Virus record (IMG/VR): IMGVR_UViG_3300028028_000001
Coordinates: 32,739 to 96,738 of that record
Reading direction: 5' to 3' (one strand)
Length of the DNA: 64,000 nucleotides
Origin: a virus
The notes beneath the pieces were generated by a model, which worked only from the letters and a program-made list of their open reading frames with translations, did not search any database and was not told the DNA's origin. The number at the start of each line of letters is the position of its first letter. Within the stretch, counting starts at the first letter, position 1. A program made the position numbers and the translations under genes. Shown here piece after piece: positions 53,232 to 61,003 of the stretch.

Positions 53232-53473
53232 GGGCGCTCCAGAAAAAACATAGCCGCGTCCTGGACATCGGGAGGCATGGCCTGGTTGATGAAGTACCGT
53301 GCGATGGTCTGCCCGTTCACCATCGGATCGGTGGAACGGACGGGCTTATGCGCGCGCACGGCGTCAATGATTTCGCGCCAGGGCCGCATCCACTCCGCGC
53401 ACCCAAGGCAAAGACCGCCGGGGGAGGTCAGGCAGTCTGGGCAGAGTTGGCTTGGGGGTTGGAGTTCGGTCAT
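53222..53473 (-). CDS. small Cys-containing hypothetical protein
   Basis: ATG 53473 in ATGA overlap; CPDC...CLGC. Confidence 0.45.
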   Translation of the reverse strand: MTELQPPSQLCPDCLTSPGGLCLGCAEWMRPWREIIDAVRAHKPVRSTDPMVNGQTIARYFINQAMPPDVQDAAMFFLERPCK

Positions 53474-53925
53474 GGGTTCACCGCGAGCCATTCAGAGACG
53501 AGGGCTTCGGGGTTGTCACGAAGGGCGAGCCAGTAACTGCGTTTCGCATCGGGCAAGAAATGTTCGATATCTTGCTCGTACCATCCCTCACCCATCCACT
53601 TTTCTTGCCCATCAGGAAAGCGCACATAGATAGCTGTGTTGCTAAAGTGATCCGGCCCTTTGTACCGGTGGCTCCATCGTTTGTCCCACTCCATCCCACT
53701 CCTCACCAGCCAATCGCGGGTCTCGGGGCGGGTTGGGTCGGAGAGGAGGCGGGTGGAGGCGTCTATCCAGTTTTTCCGAATATCCTCCTCTACATCTTCC
53801 CATTCCCGGGCGTACTTTCGAGCCACATCGCAAGTATCGATCAAAGCTTGAAAGAACTCGACGGCTCGTCTTTCCGCCTCTTCGCGGACCTTGGGGTGAT
53901 TCAGGAGTCGGGGGTCGGGGGTCAT
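53470..53925 (-). CDS. hypothetical protein
   Basis: 151-aa coupled ORF. Confidence 0.5.
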   Translation of the reverse strand: MTPDPRLLNHPKVREEAERRAVEFFQALIDTCDVARKYAREWEDVEEDIRKNWIDASTRLLSDPTRPETRDWLVRSGMEWDKRWSHRYKGPDHFSNTAIYVRFPDGQEKWMGEGWYEQDIEHFLPDAKRSYWLALRDNPEALVSEWLAVNP

Positions 53926-54392
53926 TTTCCAATCTCCTCATCCGGGTCCATGCCATGTTCTCGGCAAAGTTCTTGCGCCGTCGTCGAACCGGTTCCAAGG
54001 GCGTTCCGGACGTGCGCCCACCTTGGCCCCCTCTTTGTCTTTCGGCCGGCGTTATGGACCGCTCCCCATAGAAGTTTCCTATCCACTTCCTCGATCTTCC
54101 GGAGCCTCCTCACCTCCTCAATGAGCGCTCGGAGGTCTTCGGGGGCGTGGGCGATGAGCGAGGCGTTTGCATAGCTTTCCGATTTTGACCGGTCAACCGA
54201 ACCGTTCGGAATGATCGCCCAATGTTGCGGCGGGTTCGGATCAAGTAGATAGGTTCCAAGGATGCACTTGGTTGGTACTTCGGCGATTTCGTACCCGTCG
54301 GATCCGATAACCGAGTCGCATTCGCCGGTCCACGGCCCCCGAGTCGCGGCCTTGAGCCGGTCTTCGATGGCCTGGAGTTGTTCGGGGGTCAT
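53922..54392 (-). CDS. GPW...IAHAPEDL family protein, paralogue A
   Basis: ATRGPWTGECDSVIGSDGYEIAEV...NASLIAHAPEDLRALIEEVRRLRKIEEV; paralogue of 57912..58316. Confidence 0.6.
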   Translation of the reverse strand: MTPEQLQAIEDRLKAATRGPWTGECDSVIGSDGYEIAEVPTKCILGTYLLDPNPPQHWAIIPNGSVDRSKSESYANASLIAHAPEDLRALIEEVRRLRKIEEVDRKLLWGAVHNAGRKTKRGPRWAHVRNALGTGSTTAQELCREHGMDPDEEIGK

Positions 54393-54745
54393 GGGTTCTT
54401 CTCCATCGCTAAAAGGGCGCAGTCGATGGGGTTACTTGAAAATGTGGTGTCCATCAACGACCGAGAACGTGCGTCTATAACGCATGTTGGCCCTATCATC
54501 CACCCCAACCCTTCCGACGCCGCTTTCATCCACGCGGCCGAATCACAAGGAGCCCAGGCCCACCCGCCGTCGATGGCGTCAAGGGTGCATCGGTCGGTCG
54601 GGCGATTGAACGGACGATCGTCGCTCATCTCCATGGGTTCGCCGTGTATCATGGCAAACCATCGGCCAGGGGCTTCCTGTTCCGCCAGTTTCTTGCGCCA
54701 CTTCACAGGGAGCGCCAGGAGCCGCTTGATTTGTTCTGGGGTCAT
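54389..54745 (-). CDS. hypothetical protein
   Basis: 118-aa coupled ORF; C-terminal ALLAME also seen in 57214..57915. Confidence 0.5.
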   Translation of the reverse strand: MTPEQIKRLLALPVKWRKKLAEQEAPGRWFAMIHGEPMEMSDDRPFNRPTDRCTLDAIDGGWAWAPCDSAAWMKAASEGLGWMIGPTCVIDARSRSLMDTTFSSNPIDCALLAMEKNP

Positions 54746-54981
54746 CTCTTCGCCTCCTCAATAGCGGCCTTGAGGCTATCAAGGAGCGCTTCGGCAACCG
54801 GGATACTCATGCTGTAGCACATTCCATGATCGGCAAAGGCCGCATCAGACCACGGTGGATCAATGCCCTTGACACGAATCCTGACATCTCGGACCTTGGA
54901 GCCATCATTGCGGACCCATTCCTCCGATTCCGCGCTTATCCAGGGTCGCGCCTTCCACTCGGCTTTTTCTTCGGGGGTCAT
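54742..54981 (-). CDS. hypothetical protein
   Basis: start at MTPEEK (54981), just after dnaN stop. Confidence 0.45.
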   Translation of the reverse strand: MTPEEKAEWKARPWISAESEEWVRNDGSKVRDVRIRVKGIDPPWSDAAFADHGMCYSMSIPVAEALLDSLKAAIEEAKR

Positions 54982-54985
54982 CTCG

Positions 54986-56053
54986 TTACTCCAACCGAAT
55001 CGGCATGACAACGAACAAAGCAGACTCGTCGCCAACCGGGTAAATCAGGCAAGGGGAAAGCGCCTCGTCGAGTCCAATCCGCACCTGCTCGGTCGCAATC
55101 ACCGCGAGCGCTTCGATCAAATAGACCACGTTGAATCCCATGGTGATAGCCTCGCCAGTCATATCCACCGGGACGGGATGAGAGGCCTCGCCGTGTTCGA
55201 TGGACCTGGCGCTGATGGTCAGTTCCTCGCGATCGAACACGATCCGGACCGTGGAGGCCTTGTCCTGCGCTTCCAGAGAGACCCGCTTGAGGGCTTCGAC
55301 AAGTCGGATCCGGTCAACCAGGATCGTTCTCTTGGACGTGCCGGTCGGAAGAACGCGGCGGTAGGGAGGAAACTCGCCATCGATGAGATGGGCGTGAAGC
55401 GTGACGTTGGCGCTCCGGATGACGAGCGAGCGCGACAGGAAACCGAGGGTCAACGGCGCGGGCATCTTGCGGATCTCTTGGAGGGTTCGCCTGGAGATGA
55501 GCATTTTCCCGGGGACTTTGAGCGTCCCGGAGAACGGCCCTTCCGCGTACTGGAGGCGACTCCCGTCCGTGGAGACGAGCCGGAGCATGTCTTCGGAGTT
55601 CTCGAAGTGGGCGCCGTTCAGGCCATACCGGTTGTCTAAGGCGGGGATCCCGAACGCCACCTGTTCGATGAGCCGGTGAAGGTTGGCCGGGGTGAAGGTC
55701 TCGTGGGTTTCCAGGCTCGGCATTTCCTGCGCGTTGGCCGGATCTTCGCCGTGAATCTTGAATGAAGCCGGGGCGCAGTCGATGGAGAGTTTGAACTTGT
55801 CATCCGTCGCGAGCGTGACCGTGCCTGTTGGCAGGGACTTGGCGATCTGGAAGAGATGGCGACCGTCAACCAGGATCGCTGACGGGCTGGTGACGTCGGC
55901 GGGCACCAGGATCGAGAGCGTGTTTTCGTCGTCGGAGGCGATGAGTTCCAGACTGACGCCCGCGCGGAGTAGGGCATTGTTGGTTTTCCTGAGGCAACCC
56001 TGGATTGCTGATAGGGCGTCGAGTAGGGTTCTAGAGGGGATGGTTAGGTTCAT
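54986..56053 (-). CDS. dnaN: DNA polymerase III beta sliding clamp
   Basis: 355 aa; MNLTIPSRTLLDALSAIQG..., MGFNVVYLIEAL; ATG 56053 in ATGA overlap. Confidence 0.75.
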   Translation of the reverse strand: MNLTIPSRTLLDALSAIQGCLRKTNNALLRAGVSLELIASDDENTLSILVPADVTSPSAILVDGRHLFQIAKSLPTGTVTLATDDKFKLSIDCAPASFKIHGEDPANAQEMPSLETHETFTPANLHRLIEQVAFGIPALDNRYGLNGAHFENSEDMLRLVSTDGSRLQYAEGPFSGTLKVPGKMLISRRTLQEIRKMPAPLTLGFLSRSLVIRSANVTLHAHLIDGEFPPYRRVLPTGTSKRTILVDRIRLVEALKRVSLEAQDKASTVRIVFDREELTISARSIEHGEASHPVPVDMTGEAITMGFNVVYLIEALAVIATEQVRIGLDEALSPCLIYPVGDESALFVVMPIRLE

Positions 56054-56769
56054 TTGGGGGCCTTTTCGGGGGTTGGGGGCACAAGACTGAGACGGGTGGC
56101 GTCGTCGTCCCAGAGCCGTCCGCTCATGGTGATTCGGTCTATCTGATCGTCCGAATCCCACTTCACGGATAGGTGCTTCCCGTCCATGATGACGGTCGCG
56201 GTGTCATCCGGTGCGCCCGTCCAGAATACGCGGTCGCCAGGGTGGAAACGGGCAAGTTGTAGGTTGGGAGTAGCGTTCTCGTTGGGTTCCTTTATTTGGG
56301 GGGGGCTTGCGCGGAGTTCTTCGATTTCCGCCTGCATCCTTGACATCGCCGCGGAGTGTTCGTGCTCCTCTTTGATGTTCTTGCGGTAGGACTCAAGCAG
56401 GCGATCTTCGAGGCGGGCGATCGTGGCCTGCATTGTCTTGACATATTCGACCCAGCCGACATCTTCGGGGCAGTGGGCTGCCTCTTCATTCTCCAGTCGG
56501 GTGAGCTCTGCGACGGCGTTTCGAAGGTCGGCGTTGGCGATCCGAAGTTCTGCGGTCGTCTTGGCGTACTGGCTTTCCAGTTTGGAGACACCTTCCGCCA
56601 ACCTTTCGGGCGGAATCTCGCCACCTGACAGGGCCTCGTTCACGTCGCGGATGATGGCCTCCATCTCATCGAAAGCCCGCAACACGAGCCAAGGAAAGGA
56701 CCGTTCGACCAGTTTATCCCCTGGCCACGTTCGGTTGATGAATTCTCGGAGTTGATCGGCGGTGGTCAT
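56050..56769 (-). CDS. coiled-coil hypothetical protein
   Basis: 239-aa helical ORF. Confidence 0.5.
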   Translation of the reverse strand: MTTADQLREFINRTWPGDKLVERSFPWLVLRAFDEMEAIIRDVNEALSGGEIPPERLAEGVSKLESQYAKTTAELRIANADLRNAVAELTRLENEEAAHCPEDVGWVEYVKTMQATIARLEDRLLESYRKNIKEEHEHSAAMSRMQAEIEELRASPPQIKEPNENATPNLQLARFHPGDRVFWTGAPDDTATVIMDGKHLSVKWDSDDQIDRITMSGRLWDDDATRLSLVPPTPEKAPK

Positions 56770-56981
56770 GCTCTTGCCGCTTTTCTGACTATGGTCAAGG
56801 AATGAGACCGGAACTTTTTGAGCGCCTCACACCAGCCAAGCGGAGAACATGTTCCGTCTTCATGGCAGTGTTGGCAATGGATGGTGAACCCGCGACCACG
56901 GCGAACGATCATTGACACGATGAAACATCGGCCATCATCGTTGGATCTGTAGATGTCGCCGACATGGACAGTTTCGGTCAT
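56766..56981 (-). CDS. hypothetical small protein
   Basis: ATGA-coupled 71-aa ORF. Confidence 0.45.
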   Translation of the reverse strand: MTETVHVGDIYRSNDDGRCFIVSMIVRRGRGFTIHCQHCHEDGTCSPLGWCEALKKFRSHSLTIVRKAARA

Positions 56982-57217
56982 TCCCCCTTCCTCCCAATCT
57001 CGATAATCCGAAGGGCAAGGGGGACAGAGATCATCTCGGTCCAGGTTTTGCCATCTTGACGCACCGTAAAAATGAAGTCCGGATTGTAACCGAAGACCTT
57101 TACCGTCAAGTCATCGGTTGACATGACTCTTTCGAAGTCATGTGTAATAGTGGTCCATGCGTCAAGATATTCCTTGTCTCTTTTCGTTGTTGTTCCGTCG
57201 GGGAGTCTTCGGGTCAT
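56978..57217 (-). CDS. hypothetical small protein
   Basis: ATGA-coupled 79-aa ORF. Confidence 0.45.
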   Translation of the reverse strand: MTRRLPDGTTTKRDKEYLDAWTTITHDFERVMSTDDLTVKVFGYNPDFIFTVRQDGKTWTEMISVPLALRIIEIGRKGE

Positions 57218-57915
57218 TTGTATTTCTTCACTGCTTCCATAGCAAGAAGGGCGTATTCAAACGGTCCGTATTTCTCGGGCTTGTAGTACCAACCATCGTC
57301 ACGCCTGTATACCGTGTGGGCGCGGCCATCGGACCAAACCCAATCGGAATAGGTCCACCCCTCCAGCCCCTTCCTTCCGGTTTCTGCGTCAAGGATGGCC
57401 TGGAGGCGGGCGATTTTATCGAGGTCCTCCTGATTGGATATTCGGTACCCGGAAGGCCCTGCCGAGCACGGATATAGGGCGTTTACTGCCCTTCTCACCT
57501 CATACTCCTGTGCCATGGCGCGTTCATAATTCTGTGCAACCACCCTCAGTTCGACTGATTCTATCCCGGTGACAAAAAGCTTGTGTTCATAAGCCCATCG
57601 GACGACACCTTCCCCGGAAATGTCAACGCGGGGATCCGATTTTCCCTCACAGTCGGCCGCAGTCGTGGAGTCGAGAGTCAATTCCTCGGAAATGGGGATA
57701 TAACTATGGAGATTCAAGGCTTCGGTGACCATGGCGTATAGCGCAGGATCACGGGAGACAATGCGCCGCATGTTGAGGCTCACTACCCAACTGACCGTTT
57801 TCGCCATGGCCATTATCGGAGGTAGCAGAATATTCAGTATCCGTTGGTTGTACGTACACTCTACGTCATCCCGTTCGTTTTCGATCGCTCGAATGGTGTC
57901 AAGATCGAAGGTCAT
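57214..57915 (-). CDS. hypothetical protein
   Basis: 233-aa ORF in AT-richer patch. Confidence 0.5.
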   Translation of the reverse strand: MTFDLDTIRAIENERDDVECTYNQRILNILLPPIMAMAKTVSWVVSLNMRRIVSRDPALYAMVTEALNLHSYIPISEELTLDSTTAADCEGKSDPRVDISGEGVVRWAYEHKLFVTGIESVELRVVAQNYERAMAQEYEVRRAVNALYPCSAGPSGYRISNQEDLDKIARLQAILDAETGRKGLEGWTYSDWVWSDGRAHTVYRRDDGWYYKPEKYGPFEYALLAMEAVKKYK

Positions 57916-58316
57916 TTTTCACTCTCCAGTTCATCCAATCTATCTCGAAGTTCTCGGAAGCAATAGCAATCCAGCGTTGCATTATCGTTGTCCACAATCC
58001 ATTGACGGGCAACCTCCTCAACTTTCCGAAGCCTCTTGATTTCCTCGATGCACGCCCGGAGGTCTTCGGGGGCGTGGGCGATGAGTTGTGTATTCGCATC
58101 GCTCTCCGATTCGGGCCTTTCAATCCAACCGTTTGGCGTGTTAGCCCAATGGTGCGGAGGGTTCGGATCGGATAGATAGGAACCGGAAATACACTTTCCT
58201 TCTATCACATCTGCGATTTCGTACCCGTCTGAGCCTATTACGTAGTCACGATCTCCAGCCCACGGTCCCGGAGTAGCCTCTGCAAGCCGTTTTTCGATGG
58301 GTTCAAGGTCGAACAT
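57912..58316 (-). CDS. GPW...IAHAPEDL family protein, paralogue B
   Basis: ATPGPWAGDRDYVIGSDGYEIADV...NTQLIAHAPEDLRACIEEIKRLRKVEEV; start at MFDLEP. Confidence 0.6.
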   Translation of the reverse strand: MFDLEPIEKRLAEATPGPWAGDRDYVIGSDGYEIADVIEGKCISGSYLSDPNPPHHWANTPNGWIERPESESDANTQLIAHAPEDLRACIEEIKRLRKVEEVARQWIVDNDNATLDCYCFRELRDRLDELESEK

Positions 58317-58327
58317 TGGGGCTCCTA

Positions 58328-58780
58328 TCAAAATGGCACGTCTTCCGTTTCGAACGGGCATGGATTGGCTTCGGCGTTCGAACGGATTGCGTAGCAGGAT
58401 GGTGCGGTGCAATACCGAACATGCTCTGTGAAGGTATGGCCGTTGATGGTGGCCTCTGGTTCCTCTTTTTCGCCGAATATTGATCTTGTTTCGGCGTCCG
58501 TTGTGAGTCGTTCTACGGTCGCGATACTGTCCGCGTGTTTATTGCGCGATGAGCAGGGGTGATCGACGGCGGCCTGCCGGCAAATGCAGCACCCTGGGTT
58601 GTCGCAGACCAGGTATCCCGATTTGAAGACGTGCCCGTTGAAGTGCCACTCTGGAGCGGCGGGCGCCACACTCATGGGCTCCAACACCCTTGCCGTCCAG
58701 AAGACCCGAGCCCCCTGAACACGATCCATGTCGATCCGCTCCCGCCGGCACCACTCAATAGCGGCATCTTCCATGGTCAT
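58328..58780 (-). CDS. Cys-rich hypothetical protein ending in SSB-tail-like EDVPF
   Basis: start moved to ATG 58780 (ATGA overlap with small upstream ORF); C-terminus ...CPFETEDVPF. Confidence 0.5.
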   Translation of the reverse strand: MTMEDAAIEWCRRERIDMDRVQGARVFWTARVLEPMSVAPAAPEWHFNGHVFKSGYLVCDNPGCCICRQAAVDHPCSSRNKHADSIATVERLTTDAETRSIFGEKEEPEATINGHTFTEHVRYCTAPSCYAIRSNAEANPCPFETEDVPF

Positions 58781-58944
58781 CTCGTCCACCGAGAAGATGG
58801 AGCCGGGTCCGTAGTGGCTCGGAAGGGGCTTGACATGCCGTCCTTGAAGAACGGATGGACCTCTATGAGACCAGAAAACCGGGTAGACTGGCGGACCTCG
58901 CCGATTACCGTCGTGTGGCCCATTAGGGAGATTTTGGCGAACAT
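58777..58944 (-). CDS. small ORF (55 aa) not in the ORF track
   Basis: MFAKISLMGHTTVIGEVRQSTRFSGLIEVHPFFKDG...; AAGGAG 7 nt upstream; stop in ATGA overlap; hand-counted GC3 about 69 percent. Confidence 0.5.
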   Translation of the reverse strand: MFAKISLMGHTTVIGEVRQSTRFSGLIEVHPFFKDGMSSPFRATTDPAPSSRWTR

Positions 58945-58956
58945 GGGAGACTCCTT

Positions 58957-59373
58957 TTAGAATGGCACCGGATCGTCATCGGCAGGCGGCACATACGCTC
59001 CATCGTTGCCCGAAGACTGCGGCTGGTACTCGCCCCGTTCCTCTCGATTGGCGTTGGACCCGAGAAACCGGACGATCTCGGCGACGATCTCCGTCGTGTA
59101 GCGGTCGTTTCCGTCCTTGTCTTTCCACTTGGAGGTCTGGAGCCGGCCCTCGATGTAGACCTGCCGGCCCTTCTTGAGGTACTTGCCCGCGTTTTCGGCG
59201 GTCTTTCCGAAACAGGTCACCTTGTGCCACTCGGTATGATCCTGCCATTCCGAGCCCACTTTTCTCCGGTCGGTTGTGGCGACTCGGAGCGAGGCGACTT
59301 GCGAGCCGCTGTTGGTGTTGCGGACTTCTGGGTCGGCTCCGAGATTGCCGACGAGGATTACTTTGTTGATCAT
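58957..59373 (-). CDS. ssb: single-stranded DNA-binding protein
   Basis: [18 protein letters not shown]...[12 protein letters not shown]...[13 protein letters not shown]; acidic tip DDDPVPF. Confidence 0.9.
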   Translation of the reverse strand: MINKVILVGNLGADPEVRNTNSGSQVASLRVATTDRRKVGSEWQDHTEWHKVTCFGKTAENAGKYLKKGRQVYIEGRLQTSKWKDKDGNDRYTTEIVAEIVRFLGSNANREERGEYQPQSSGNDGAYVPPADDDPVPF

Positions 59374-59615
59374 TTGGGGTCTCCGGGAAGGTCGCAGCGT
59401 TTGTGTTTGGGCCATGCGTCCATGCGATCGGCGTGCTCGCGGGCAAGTCGAGAGGCCTCCGGGGACCCGCCTTCTTGCTCGTTGACTTTCGCCCAAAGTC
59501 GCACAAGGGTTGCGGCCACGATGTCCTGACCACGAAGAAGGAACACGGGTTCATCTTCGGGGATCAGGTTCTCGGGGTCCTGGATTCGGTTGTAGTCTTC
59601 TCTTGCGTGTTTCAC
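59370..59615 (-). CDS. hypothetical phage protein
   Basis: 81-aa ATGA-coupled ORF; [14 protein letters not shown] pattern. Confidence 0.5.
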   Translation of the reverse strand: MKHAREDYNRIQDPENLIPEDEPVFLLRGQDIVAATLVRLWAKVNEQEGGSPEASRLAREHADRMDAWPKHKRCDLPGDPK

Positions 59616-59905
59616 TTGATTTCTCCATGTTTTGGGAATGTCCAGTACCGACGATCCGATCCGATCCCGAACAGCGCATAGAGCATCTCTCCGTCGTCAA
59701 TGGTGTATCGACCCTTCCGGATCGCCTTGATGACGCCCTTTCGCGTCCAGCCAGAGCGGAGGAAAACCGGGGCGTAGGGGTAGGGAAGGCGCTTTCCTCT
59801 CGGGAATGGTCTGCTTTCTTGGATGGTGTCGGGAAAGGACTCGATCCTTTCTTTGCGCTTGTTTCGGCAGAGGATGCTGACGAGGTGGATCCGGACGGTC
59901 TGCAT
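59612..59905 (-). CDS. hypothetical protein
   Basis: start at MQTVRIH (59905) next to upstream stop. Confidence 0.45.
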   Translation of the reverse strand: MQTVRIHLVSILCRNKRKERIESFPDTIQESRPFPRGKRLPYPYAPVFLRSGWTRKGVIKAIRKGRYTIDDGEMLYALFGIGSDRRYWTFPKHGEIK

Positions 59906-59906
59906 A

Positions 59907-60404
59907 TCAACTTCCTTTCGTGGACATCGTAACACGTCGCCTCAAAAGTTCAAGCCAGCCGTCTTCCGAATCCATGCGAATTGTGGTCAGGGAAGGGCGA
60001 AACGTGGAGAGTGCCTGAACGTCTCGCCATGGCAGGATGTACCGATCCTCTCCGAGGAGTACGGCCAGGATTCCGATCCCGCCTTGCTGGTCGTAGGAGT
60101 CGAGGAAGGCCCTCTGGTGAGGCTCGACAACGGACAGCGATAGAGTCTCTTCCTTTGTCGCCTTGCACTCCGCACCGATGGCCAGGCCTCGGGATAGGAG
60201 GATGAAGTCCGAGGGGCCTATCCCTTCCGTATGACACAGCCAAAGATTTCCAACCTGGCGGATCTTCTTCATCTCTTCGGGCGTCCTGGCCACCACAAGG
60301 AGACCCGATTGAGCGAGCGCTCGGCATCGGGTCTCGAAGTCGTCTTGCCAGGCCTCGCCTAACTTCTGGGCTTCGTAGCCGGCGATTTTCTGGAGAGGAT
60401 TCAT
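59907..60404 (-). CDS. PD-(D/E)xK nuclease, RecU-like Holliday-junction resolvase candidate
   Basis: GPSDFILL...AIGAECKAT (D...ExK). Confidence 0.5.
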   Translation of the reverse strand: MNPLQKIAGYEAQKLGEAWQDDFETRCRALAQSGLLVVARTPEEMKKIRQVGNLWLCHTEGIGPSDFILLSRGLAIGAECKATKEETLSLSVVEPHQRAFLDSYDQQGGIGILAVLLGEDRYILPWRDVQALSTFRPSLTTIRMDSEDGWLELLRRRVTMSTKGS

Positions 60405-60643
60405 TTTGCCTTTTCGTCTTCGGTTGGCATGGCAGGGACATCGAAAAAGGGACCGTCCGGGTTGTCGCCGCATCGCCCTTGTCTGTTCATCCTCCGATAC
60501 CAGAGAGCGCACCGGGATCCGATGCAGTCGATTCCGGGGGCCTTGGAAGGGTCGGGGAAAACAGGGACCGCGTAGGGAATTCCGCTATTCGGTACAATCT
60601 CAAGAAGGATCGCCCTCGCCTGCATGAGTCGGTGACAGATCAT
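60401..60643 (-). CDS. small Cys-containing hypothetical protein
   Basis: ATGA-coupled 80-aa ORF. Confidence 0.45.
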   Translation of the reverse strand: MICHRLMQARAILLEIVPNSGIPYAVPVFPDPSKAPGIDCIGSRCALWYRRMNRQGRCGDNPDGPFFDVPAMPTEDEKAK

Positions 60644-61002
60644 GATTCGACCCCTGCAAACCGCGCCCTTACCTCCTCGCTCATCGGCTCGGAGTTGTCA
60701 ACGCACTTGAAGCAACCCCCAGCGCCACGGAATACCGACTTGTCGATCTCCATGAAAATGCCGTAGTGCTCTTTATCGGTCACAAGCCGGAACCGGAGCA
60801 CCTTGGACCCTACCCGACGAAGGATCGCCATGATGTCCGACGCTCGCCCGGAGTAGACCGCGACGTATCCGTCCGCTGATTCCGTTCCGCTGTTTCTGAC
60901 GGTCGTTTCGTCATCTCTGGAGGAACCCTTGCCCTTGAACAGGTCCATAAGTTCCGCGATAAGCGCCGGGGTGGACTCGTGTTGGATGTTGGTTTCGATC
61001 AT
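60640..61002 (-). CDS. hypothetical protein
   Basis: start at MIETN (61002). Confidence 0.45.
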   Translation of the reverse strand: MIETNIQHESTPALIAELMDLFKGKGSSRDDETTVRNSGTESADGYVAVYSGRASDIMAILRRVGSKVLRFRLVTDKEHYGIFMEIDKSVFRGAGGCFKCVDNSEPMSEEVRARFAGVES

Positions 61003-61003
61003 G

